64,000 nt of DNA, from positions 32,001-96,000 of the forward strand of contig CBDHEC010000003.1 in the NCBI GenBank assembly GCA_965261975.1, in the 5' to 3' direction. The notes below the pieces were generated by a model. The model ran no database searches, had not been told where the DNA came from, and saw only the letters and a program-made list of their open reading frames with translations. Shown in pieces: positions 10,278-18,830 of the stretch; the first letter of the stretch is position 1; every line of letters starts with the position of its first letter. The DNA is from Alphaproteobacteria bacterium (GTDB lineage: Bacteria > Pseudomonadota > Alphaproteobacteria > UBA6615). A program made the translations under genes and the position numbers.

Positions 10278-13265
10278 ATGGGACGCATCAGAACACGACT
10301 GCGGTGGCAGGTTGCCGCCACCATTCTGGCAGGCCTGGTCACGACCGGTGCGGCCCAGGCGCAGGAAGCCTGTTCGGCCAAACACGCAAAACCACTGCTG
10401 CCAACCAATCCGGCCATGTGTCTCGATCTGCACGACGCCGTGCGCGCGCCCTCGGCGCTATCGCTGGGCGAATACGAACAGACGCTGGGTAAATATCTCC
10501 GCAATTATTGCCATCGCGATGCCGATGCCGGCTGGGTCCGCGACAAGAGTGTCCGTGATACCGGGCCGTTCATATCGCTGTTCAAGGACGGCGAATGGCA
10601 GGGCACCGACCACGGCGTCCATGCGCCGGTGGTCATTTGGTATTCGCCAGAGGCTGCTGAATGGATCCGTGAAAACCGCGCCGAGGCCGATGTCGGCACC
10701 GGGCGGGACAAAACGCCGATGCCCGATGGCGCAATGTTGATCAAGGAAATGTACCCCGCACCCGCCTCCGTCTGCGCCGGCGAAGATCCGCTGACGCTCT
10801 TCCCGACGAACGGCGCGGCGGTCATGGTGCGCGACCGCGAGGCCTCGCGGGACGGCTGGTACTGGGGCTGGTTCGGCTGGGAAGGCTGGACCCCGGACTG
10901 GCCGGCCGACAAGACGACGAACCGCCTGCCCTATGCTGGATTCGGCCAGTATTGCGTGAACTGCCACGCCTCGGCGCGCGATAACCTGACATTCTCCTCA
11001 ACGCGGAACATGGCCGGCGAGCCGGGCACACCCCTCTTCTACGTGAGCCAGGACGAGGCGCTGCACACGCCTGTGCCACCCGCGCATATCGAGAAGCTCG
11101 CGGCGGCGAAGCCCACTGAAAAGGCCGCCGAAAAATCAGACTCGAAGGCCAACCCCGACATGCCGCTCAAGGAATGGCTGGCCGGGTTCCGCGAGGCCTT
11201 TCCCAAACTGGACGGGGTGGCCATCGCGCGAAAAGACGTCGTCGAGATGCCATCCGAGACTTATGACAACGCCTACATGCCGGCCGACGCGCCGAACGAC
11301 CACGGGCCGTTTGTCACATCCGACCAGTGCCTCGGATGCCACGATGCCGGCAGCACGGGCCTGCACTTCGACATGACCGTGCCCGATCCCGAAACGGGAA
11401 AATTGCTCAACCTCTCACCCTATGCGACATGGCGCACATCGCCGATGGGGCTTGCGGGGCGCGACCCGATTTTCTTTGCCCAGCTCGCCAGCGAGACCCA
11501 GAGCTTCCACCCCGACGACGCAGGGTTCGTGGAGACAACTTGCCTGGGTTGTCACGGCATCCTTGGCCAGCGGCAGGCGCAGATCGACCAGCATGCTGCG
11601 ACCGGCGAATGCGGGGTGTTCACCCGTGAAGACGTCAACGCCATCCCCTGGCCCGCCAACAACGCCCATGCCGACAAGGCCGATTATGGCGCGCTCGCGC
11701 GAGACGGCATCTCCTGCATGACCTGCCACCAGATGGCCGTCGGCACCGAGGCCAACGAAACCGCCGCCAAGAACCCGCGCAACGCCTGCGCCATCGAACG
11801 GCAGGAAATACTCAATCCCGGCGCCACGAGCCTGGCGCGAACCTTCACCGGATCGTTTCTGACCGGCCCGAGCGACCGCATCATCGGACCGGTCGCCGAG
11901 CCCCGGACCCGACCGATGGAGGAATCGCTCGGGCTTACCCCGCACCAGGACATGTCGATCGCCGCGTCGGAAACCTGTGGGAGCTGCCACACGGTCCATC
12001 TTCCGGTGCTCCATCGGGGCAAGACCGTCGCCCATGTGTATGAGCAGACAACCTACGCAGAGTGGGCGTTCAGCGATTTCCGGACGGGTGAATCTCCCTA
12101 CAACGAGAAGCTGCCCGAGGGCGCCGGGGCCATCGCACTATCCTGCGCGGACTGCCACATGCGTGACGAAAGCCTGACGCGCAGCAAGATTGCCAGCATC
12201 CAGGAGGTCTCCAACTTCCCCGCCGCCGAGTTTACCGCCGCCGCCAGCGAACTCGACCTCCAGGAGCGAGACAATTATTCGCCCCACATACTGGTCGGGC
12301 TCAATTCGTTCCTCGTGCGCATGGCGCGCCAGTTCCCCGACATTCTCGGCATTCGCAAGCAGGATCCGATGCTGGTCTCCAAGGGCGTGCCGCCCGTCGC
12401 CGCGACCGAGCGCCTGATCTACGAGAACGCGGCCCAGCGCACGGCGACAATTTCCGTCGGCAAACCCGAACTCAAGGAAGACGGGCTGCACGCAGAGGTA
12501 TCGATCATCAACCGGGTGGGCCACAAATTCCCCTCGGGCGTCGGCTTCCGGCGCGCCTTCATCAGTTTCGAGGTGCTCGATGCCTCGGGCGAGGTTTTAT
12601 GGGCCTCCGGTCGTACCGACGAGGTCGGTCGGCTGGTCGACCGCGCGGGCACGCCGATCGCCGGCGAGGATTGGTGGGGACCGAGTTGCTCGATCCCGGC
12701 GGATCGAGCCACGCGTGCGCACCAGCCCCATTTCCAGTCCGTGACGGCCGAGGACCAGGCGCAGATCTATCAGGAACTGGTCTCGACGCCGCCTGACCGC
12801 GCGGAGGTGACCTGCGGCCACGACGCAGAGCCCGAGGGCGTTCTGACGACAAGCTTCTTGTCGATCTGCGCCGAGGTGAAGGACAACCGCCTCCTGCCGG
12901 TCGGCTATTTGCCGCTGGCGGAGCGCAAGGTCCTCGCCAAGGCTTTCGGCGCAGGCGACGACCTGGCAGAGGACTCCGGTTCAACGGCGGTCGGCGGAGA
13001 CCCCGACTATCGCACGGGTGGCGGCGACACCTTGACCTATGTCGTCCCCCGCGACGCCCTCTCTGCGACACCCGCCTCCGTGCGTGCGCGGCTCTACTAT
13101 CAGGCCACACCGCCATTCTTCCTGCAGGACAGGTTTTGTTCGGCCGAGGGGCCGGACACAGACCGGCTGCATTGGCTCACGGGCCATCTCGACCTGGAAG
13201 GGACACCGGCTGAGGGCTGGAAACTACTGGTCGCCGACAGCGGAGCTGTCGCGGTCGGGAAATGA
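10278..13265 (+). CDS. Large exported multiheme c-type cytochrome with an N-terminal cytochrome P460-like domain
   Basis: Signal peptide ending AAQA. Six CxxCH motifs (CVNCH, CLGCH x2, CMTCH, CGSCH, CADCH). MPDGAMLIKEMY...AVMVR...DGWYW precedes the first heme; GHKFPSG lies in the C-terminal domain. Confidence 0.8.
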   Translation: MGRIRTRLRWQVAATILAGLVTTGAAQAQEACSAKHAKPLLPTNPAMCLDLHDAVRAPSALSLGEYEQTLGKYLRNYCHRDADAGWVRDKSVRDTGPFISLFKDGEWQGTDHGVHAPVVIWYSPEAAEWIRENRAEADVGTGRDKTPMPDGAMLIKEMYPAPASVCAGEDPLTLFPTNGAAVMVRDREASRDGWYWGWFGWEGWTPDWPADKTTNRLPYAGFGQYCVNCHASARDNLTFSSTRNMAGEPGTPLFYVSQDEALHTPVPPAHIEKLAAAKPTEKAAEKSDSKANPDMPLKEWLAGFREAFPKLDGVAIARKDVVEMPSETYDNAYMPADAPNDHGPFVTSDQCLGCHDAGSTGLHFDMTVPDPETGKLLNLSPYATWRTSPMGLAGRDPIFFAQLASETQSFHPDDAGFVETTCLGCHGILGQRQAQIDQHAATGECGVFTREDVNAIPWPANNAHADKADYGALARDGISCMTCHQMAVGTEANETAAKNPRNACAIERQEILNPGATSLARTFTGSFLTGPSDRIIGPVAEPRTRPMEESLGLTPHQDMSIAASETCGSCHTVHLPVLHRGKTVAHVYEQTTYAEWAFSDFRTGESPYNEKLPEGAGAIALSCADCHMRDESLTRSKIASIQEVSNFPAAEFTAAASELDLQERDNYSPHILVGLNSFLVRMARQFPDILGIRKQDPMLVSKGVPPVAATERLIYENAAQRTATISVGKPELKEDGLHAEVSIINRVGHKFPSGVGFRRAFISFEVLDASGEVLWASGRTDEVGRLVDRAGTPIAGEDWWGPSCSIPADRATRAHQPHFQSVTAEDQAQIYQELVSTPPDRAEVTCGHDAEPEGVLTTSFLSICAEVKDNRLLPVGYLPLAERKVLAKAFGAGDDLAEDSGSTAVGGDPDYRTGGGDTLTYVVPRDALSATPASVRARLYYQATPPFFLQDRFCSAEGPDTDRLHWLTGHLDLEGTPAEGWKLLVADSGAVAVGK

Positions 13266-13286
13266 CCGGGAGTCGGAGCCCATTTG

Positions 13287-13901
13287 CTAGTTTGCAGCGA
13301 ATAGCAGTTTGAGATATCGCCGATACTCGGCCACCTGACGCTGCACCCAGGTCGCGTCACCATACGCATTGGCCATCACGAAGCCGCCCTCGATGATCGT
13401 CGTAACCATCTCGGCGAGCCGCTGCGAATCAACCGCCTCTGCAGTCGGGCGGGCCGAAATCAGGGCGTCCAACTTCTTGATATAGAGCGCCGCCCAGGCA
13501 TCGAGGCTCTCGCGAATGAACTCGGTCACATCGGGCCCGAACTGCCGACTCTCATAGGTGTAGGACGCGAAGATACATCCCGGGAAAGGTTTGCCGAGAC
13601 CGTCCATGAATTCTTCGAACAACCGTAGAAAAATAAAGACGCGCTCGAGCGGGTCGTCGCTCAGCCGGTCGGCCTTCTCGGCCCATTCGGTGAACAGGGC
13701 CAGGTCGTTCGCCGCGTAGCGTTCGAGGACACCTCGCGCCAGTTCGGCCTTGCCCTTGAAGTGGTGAAAGAACGCACCCTTGGTCAGCTGCGTCTCCTTG
13801 AGCAGGCGATCCAGCGACATCCCGGCATACCCCTCCTGAAGAATCAGGGTTTCGGCCGTCGCCAATAACCGCTCGCGTGTTTCTTCGCCTTTGGTGCTCA
13901 T
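13287..13901 (-). CDS. TetR/AcrR family regulator (NemR-like)
   Basis: ETRERLLATAETLILQEGYAGMSLDRLLKETQLTKGAFFHHFKGK HTH; PGCIF motif. Confidence 0.92.
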   Translation of the reverse strand: MSTKGEETRERLLATAETLILQEGYAGMSLDRLLKETQLTKGAFFHHFKGKAELARGVLERYAANDLALFTEWAEKADRLSDDPLERVFIFLRLFEEFMDGLGKPFPGCIFASYTYESRQFGPDVTEFIRESLDAWAALYIKKLDALISARPTAEAVDSQRLAEMVTTIIEGGFVMANAYGDATWVQRQVAEYRRYLKLLFAAN

Positions 13902-13914
13902 TCCGTTCAGCTAT

Positions 13915-14080
13915 AAAACCATTCAGTCTGTTTTAGATAGCGCTCTCTGCCAGAAAAGGCAAGAGAATCAATAGGAAATGCTTCTTCCTAACGGCTCAAT
14001 CCCATTTTATTGGATAATAACCTTGAAACAGACCGAACGGTTCGTTATTTATGAAGATCCAGACCGTTCGGTCTGTTTTT
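13915..14080. promoter_or_regulatory. Three related TetR operator-like sites between tetR and osmC
   Basis: AAACAGACCGAACGGTTCG (14026-14044); CAGACCGTTCGGTCTGTTTT (14060-14079); AAAACCATTCAGTCTGTTTT (13915-13934). Confidence 0.65.
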
Positions 14081-14096
14081 GCAACGGAGGGAAAAA

Positions 14097-14672
14097 ATGA
14101 GCAACATGATGAACGGCGTCGACCGCGACGCCCTGTTCCAGACGATCGATGCCGTGAAGGCGGATTCCGAACTCGCGAAGTTCAACTTCCGGATCGCCAA
14201 CACCTGGATGGGCGGCGGCCTCTACCGGACCACGGTGTCGGACTTCCACGGCGTCAAGGAAGACATCGCGCATGAGGTCGAATTCGAGATCTGGAACGAC
14301 GAGCCCGACGTGCTCCTGTCCGGCGACAAGGGCCCGAACCCGGTCGAGAACTTGCTGCACGCGCTCGCCGGCTGCCTGACCACCTCGATGGCCTATCACG
14401 CGGCCGCGCGCGGCATCGCGATCGACGGCATCACGACGCGTTTCGACGGAGACGTCGACCTGCGTGGTTTCCTGGGCCTCTCCGACGACGTCCGCAAGGG
14501 CTATGACGAGATCCGGGTGATGTTCGATATCAACGCCGACATCCCCGAGGCCGAGAAGCGCGACCTCGTCGAGATGGCGATGGCGCACTCGCCCGTCTTC
14601 GACGTGATCACCAACGGCACGCCCGTCGCCTGCATGATCCGCGAGGACATGCCGGCCGAGATGGCGGCCTGA
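14097..14672 (+). CDS. OsmC-like family protein
   Basis: DEPDVLLSGDKGPNPVENLLHALAGCL, GDVDLRGFLGL, HSPVFD. Confidence 0.88.
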   Translation: MSNMMNGVDRDALFQTIDAVKADSELAKFNFRIANTWMGGGLYRTTVSDFHGVKEDIAHEVEFEIWNDEPDVLLSGDKGPNPVENLLHALAGCLTTSMAYHAAARGIAIDGITTRFDGDVDLRGFLGLSDDVRKGYDEIRVMFDINADIPEAEKRDLVEMAMAHSPVFDVITNGTPVACMIREDMPAEMAA

Positions 14673-14681
14673 CCCGGTCCC

Positions 14682-14718
14682 CGCCGCGATTTCCCTGTCC
14701 ACTCGGGAAATCGCGGCG
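14682..14718 (+). terminator. Stable hairpin after osmC
   Basis: 14-bp stem CGCCGCGATTTCCC / GGGAAATCGCGGCG. There is no U-tract, so its role is uncertain. Confidence 0.45.
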
Positions 14719-14784
14719 CATGGGATTGTGCGACCCCACCACGACTCACTATTCTTGGACCTCCCCTGCACGAGGAGTTCTTTC

Positions 14785-17115
14785 ATGGGTGAGTTTTCGA
14801 TCGGCCAGTCGCCAAACCGGCTGGAGGACGCGAGGCTATTGCGCGGTCAGGGCCGCTACCTGGCCGATATCAACGCGGACCGGCAGCTCTGGGCGGTGAT
14901 TCTTCGGTCGCCCTACGCACACGCCAAGATTCTTTCGATCGACACCTCAGCCGCAGAGGCGATGCCGGGTGTTCACAAGGTGCTGACGGGCGCGGACTAC
15001 CGGGCCGACGACATGGGCGTGGTCCCCTGCATGGGTGCCTACAAGCACCGCAGCGGCACGCATATGTACATCCCCGACCGGCCGGCGCTCGCCGTCGACC
15101 GGGTGATGCATATCGGCTATCCGGTGGCGATGGCCGTCGCCGACACCGAGCACCAGGCGCGCGACGCTGCCGAGGCGATCGAGGTCGACTACGAACCCCT
15201 GCCCGCCATCGTGTCGTGCCGCGAGGCCTTCGAGGACGGCGCCCCCCAGCTCTACGACGACTGCCCGAACAACGAGAGCTATTTCTACGAGACGGGCGAC
15301 AAGGCGGCGACCGATACCGCCTTCGATGCGGCCGACCACACCATCTCCCAGCATCTGGTGATCAACCGGATCACCGCCAACCCGCTCGAACCGCGCGGCG
15401 TGCTCGGCGAATGGGACGCCGGCACCGACCGCATCACCATCCGCTGCGGCTTCCAGCGGCCCTGGCTGTTCCGCGTCTCGCTGGCCGAGCAGTCGTTCAA
15501 GGTGCCGGAGACGCGGATTCGGCTGATCACCGACGATATCGGTGGGTCCTATGGACTGCGCGGCTCGATCTATCCCGAGATGGTGCTGATGCCCTGGGCC
15601 TCGAAACATGTCGGGCGGCCCGTGCGCTGGATGGCCGACCGGACCGAGGCGCATCTGTGCGACGATGACGGGCGCGACAACATGGTCGATGCCGAGCTCG
15701 CCTTCGACGATGACGGCACCTTCAAGGCGCTGCGCATCCGCAGTTGGGGCAATCTCGGCGCGTTTCCGTCCTACCGGGGTGCCGCGCCGCCCGCCGTCCA
15801 TATCGGCACCGCGATCGGCCCCTACACCACCCCCGTCGCCTATGCCGCGGTCTCGGGCATGCTGACCAACACCCACTGCACCTCGCCCTACCGGGGAGCG
15901 GGGCGACCCGAGGCGTCTTTCATGATCGAGCGGCTGGTGGAGCGGGCGGCAGACCAGCTGGGCGTGGATCCGGCGGAGCTGCGCCGGCAGAACATCATCG
16001 CGCCCGAGGCCATGCCCTACAAGACGCCGCTCACCTACACCTATGATTGCGGCGAGTTCGAGAAGAACATGGACATGGCCATGGAGATGGCCGACTGGTC
16101 TGGCTTCGAGGCGCGACGCGAGGAGGCTGCGACACGCGGCAAGCTACGCGGCATCGGCATGTCGATCACGCTCGAATGGGCCGCCGACAATACCACCGAG
16201 ACCGCGGAGATCCGCTTCGACCCGTCGGGTGACCTCACCTTCGTGGCCTCGACCATCACCCACGGCCAGGGCCATCGCACGATCCAGACCCAGATCCTGG
16301 TCGACCTTCTGGGCGTCGCGCCGGAACGCGTGGGCGTGCTCCAGGGCGACACCGACATCGCCGCCTTCGGCATGGGTACCGGCGGCTCACGCTCGACCAT
16401 GATGACCGGTTCGGCGATGGTGCTCGCCGCGCGCAAGATCATCGAGAAGGGCAAGCGCCTCGCCGCGCATCTTTTGGAGGCATCGGAGAACGATATCGAG
16501 TTTGCTGACGGGAAGTTCACGGTCACCGGCACCGACCGCGAGATCGGTGTTCACGAGATCGCCGAGGCGGCCTTCCGCTCGAACGAACTGCCCGACGACA
16601 TCGAGCCGGGCCTCTACGAGACCGCCACCTACAACTCGAAGACAGGCGCGTTTCCCAACGGCTGCCACATCTGCGAGGTCGAGGTGGACCCGGACACGGG
16701 CGTGACGGAGATGGTCGGCTACTGGGTGGTCGACGACGTCGGCACCATCATCAACCCGATGCTGGTGAAGGGCCAGATCATGGGCGGCATCGCCCAGGGT
16801 ATCGGCCAGGTGCTGATGGAGGACAAGACCTACGACCCGGAGACGGGCCAGCTGCTGGCCGGCTCGTTCATGGATTACTGCATGCCGCGCGCCGACGACT
16901 TCTGCCATGTGGAGTTCGAGGAGAACGAGGTGCCCACGCCGACCAACCTGCTCGGCGCCAAGGGCGCGGGCGAGGCCGGCACCGTCGGGTCTCTCTCGGC
17001 CGGTGTAAACGCGATCGTCGACGCAGTGTCGCATCTGGGCGTGGAACATATAGATACGCCGTGTACGCCGCTGCGGGTCTGGGAGGCGATCCGCGACGCG
17101 CGGGCAGCTTCTTAG
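14785..17115 (+). CDS. Xanthine dehydrogenase family molybdopterin-binding subunit (CoxL/CutL-like)
   Basis: RLEDARLLRGQGRY, LRSPYAHA, PYRGAGRPEA, HGQGH, GQIMGGIAQGIG, GAKGAGEAG. Confidence 0.93.
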   Translation: MGEFSIGQSPNRLEDARLLRGQGRYLADINADRQLWAVILRSPYAHAKILSIDTSAAEAMPGVHKVLTGADYRADDMGVVPCMGAYKHRSGTHMYIPDRPALAVDRVMHIGYPVAMAVADTEHQARDAAEAIEVDYEPLPAIVSCREAFEDGAPQLYDDCPNNESYFYETGDKAATDTAFDAADHTISQHLVINRITANPLEPRGVLGEWDAGTDRITIRCGFQRPWLFRVSLAEQSFKVPETRIRLITDDIGGSYGLRGSIYPEMVLMPWASKHVGRPVRWMADRTEAHLCDDDGRDNMVDAELAFDDDGTFKALRIRSWGNLGAFPSYRGAAPPAVHIGTAIGPYTTPVAYAAVSGMLTNTHCTSPYRGAGRPEASFMIERLVERAADQLGVDPAELRRQNIIAPEAMPYKTPLTYTYDCGEFEKNMDMAMEMADWSGFEARREEAATRGKLRGIGMSITLEWAADNTTETAEIRFDPSGDLTFVASTITHGQGHRTIQTQILVDLLGVAPERVGVLQGDTDIAAFGMGTGGSRSTMMTGSAMVLAARKIIEKGKRLAAHLLEASENDIEFADGKFTVTGTDREIGVHEIAEAAFRSNELPDDIEPGLYETATYNSKTGAFPNGCHICEVEVDPDTGVTEMVGYWVVDDVGTIINPMLVKGQIMGGIAQGIGQVLMEDKTYDPETGQLLAGSFMDYCMPRADDFCHVEFEENEVPTPTNLLGAKGAGEAGTVGSLSAGVNAIVDAVSHLGVEHIDTPCTPLRVWEAIRDARAAS

Positions 17116-17184
17116 GCGGCAGCTTGCACGACTGGCGCATCGCACCTAACTGCTTATGGAAAGAATTCAACGAGGACACACGCC

Positions 17185-17700
17185 ATGACCGAAACCGCAT
17201 ATCTCGCCGGCGGCTGCTTCTGGGGCATGCAGGATTTGATCCGGCGCCTGCCCGGCGTCGTCTCCACGCGAGTCGGCTACACGGGCGGTGCGTTGCCCAA
17301 CGCGACCTACCAGCATGTGCGCACCGGGACGACCGGCCACACCGAGGCTATCGAGGTCGTGTTCGATCCCGACCAGGTCAGCTACCGGGATATCCTCGAA
17401 CTGTTCTTCCAGATCCACGACCCAACCACGCCCGACCGCCAGGGCAACGACCGGGGCACGCAATACCGCTCGGCGATTTTCTGGCTAAGTGAGGCGCAGC
17501 ACGAGACCGCCGTGGATACCATCGCTGACGTCGAGGCCTCGGGCCTTTGGCCGGGCAAGGTGGTCACGCAGGTTGCGCAGGCCGGCGACTTCTGGGAGGC
17601 CGAGCCCGAGCACCAGGATTATCTGGAGCGCGTCCCCCACGGCTATACCTGCCACTTCGTGCGGCCCGACTGGAAACTGCCCAAGCGCGACGCGGCCTAG
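17185..17700 (+). CDS. msrA: Peptide-methionine (S)-S-oxide reductase
   Basis: [34 protein letters not shown]. Confidence 0.97.
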   Translation: MTETAYLAGGCFWGMQDLIRRLPGVVSTRVGYTGGALPNATYQHVRTGTTGHTEAIEVVFDPDQVSYRDILELFFQIHDPTTPDRQGNDRGTQYRSAIFWLSEAQHETAVDTIADVEASGLWPGKVVTQVAQAGDFWEAEPEHQDYLERVPHGYTCHFVRPDWKLPKRDAA

Positions 17701-17707
17701 AAACGCC

Positions 17708-18457
17708 CTAGAACAGCTCCCCCTGATCGGGCGGCTCGTCGACCAGGCTGTGTGGCGTCAGCAAATCCGGGCCGTCGTTGCGGATGTCGTTGACGGCGCG
17801 GCCAACGGGCACAACACGCACAGTGTCTTCCGGCGCGGGTCGCAACAGCTCACCCGCCGCCTCGCGATCGAACCGGTCCTCGGTGCCGTTGCCCAGCCAG
17901 GCGTCGAAGCCGTCGGGATTCAGGATCACCGGCATGCGGTGGTGGAACGGATGCAGTGTCTCGTTGGCTTCGGTGGTGACGATGGTCGCGGTCTCGAGTT
18001 CGGAACCATCCGGCCCGAGCCACGCCTCCCACAATCCCGCGAAACTGATCAGCCCGCCATCGGGCCGGGAAATCCAGACCGGCTGTTTCGGGCCCGAGCC
18101 GGTTGATTGCCACTCGTAGAAACCGCTCGCCGGGATCAGGCAGCGCCGACGCCGGAACGCGGCGCGAAACGACGGTTTCTCGGCGATGGTCTCGGCGCGC
18201 GCATTGATCATCCGCGTGCCCATCCCGGGGTCCTTCGCCCAGGCCGGCACCAGCCCCCAACGCAACAACGCGGGGACTCGGGTCAGCGGATTGTCACCGC
18301 CCGCGCCGCCCTCCCGGCTGGCCGCGCGGATAATCGCGACGATCTCCTGGGACGGCGCAATGTTGTAGCGCTGGGGCAGCACGAAACTGGTCGACACCAG
18401 CCCGTAGGCCGCGTGGATCTCTTCCCAGCTGTGAATCAGGCCGAATCGTCCGCACAT
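17708..18457 (-). CDS. SOS response-associated peptidase (SRAP/YedK/HMCES family abasic-site processing protein)
   Basis: N-terminal MCGRF, RYNIAPSQ, WGLVP, INARAET, GFYEW, HHRMPVIL. Confidence 0.95.
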   Translation of the reverse strand: MCGRFGLIHSWEEIHAAYGLVSTSFVLPQRYNIAPSQEIVAIIRAASREGGAGGDNPLTRVPALLRWGLVPAWAKDPGMGTRMINARAETIAEKPSFRAAFRRRRCLIPASGFYEWQSTGSGPKQPVWISRPDGGLISFAGLWEAWLGPDGSELETATIVTTEANETLHPFHHRMPVILNPDGFDAWLGNGTEDRFDREAAGELLRPAPEDTVRVVPVGRAVNDIRNDGPDLLTPHSLVDEPPDQGELF

Positions 18458-18651
18458 ATGGCTATTTTACACCTGTTTTGACGGCGATCCCGTTTCGTTC
18501 GCCGCTAAATTCCCGAGTCGCTTTTGGCCCGACCACTAGATTTTGGGTTTCGGGGTACAAACCGGGCACAAAAGGATTATTTCAATTCGGCGACAAGACG
18601 TAACAATCTGGCAAATATCAGGGTTTTCCGGGCCTTCATCGGGCTCCCACA

Positions 18652-18679
18652 TTGACTCCCCCGCCGGAAAGAATACAAT
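18652..18679 (+). promoter_or_regulatory. Putative sigma70 promoter for nrdAB
   Basis: TTGACT (18652-18657), 16-nt spacer, TACAAT (18674-18679). Confidence 0.55.
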
Positions 18680-18694
18680 GTTCTCGTCTTGTTC
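18680..18694 (+). promoter_or_regulatory. Alphaproteobacterial LexA box
   Basis: GTTC-TCGTCTT-GTTC matches GTTC-N7-GTTC and abuts the putative -10. Confidence 0.65.
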
Positions 18695-18706
18695 ACGGTG
18701 ACAGGT

Positions 18707-18753
18707 CGCCAACATTTAGTGTTTACTTAATGTTACGGCTCTAGATGTTGTGG
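18707..18753 (+). promoter_or_regulatory. Tandem NrdR boxes
   Basis: cgcCaAcATtTaGtgt (18707-18722) and gctCtAgATgTtGtgg (18738-18753) fit acaCwAtATaTwGtgt. They are 31 bp apart and upstream of nrdA. Confidence 0.8.
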
Positions 18754-18830
18754 GTTGTGCAGGTTTTCCACTGAAAACTGCCCACAAGGTGTGGAGCACC
18801 TGGATTGTCGCGTGGAGGGGGCCTTTATAA

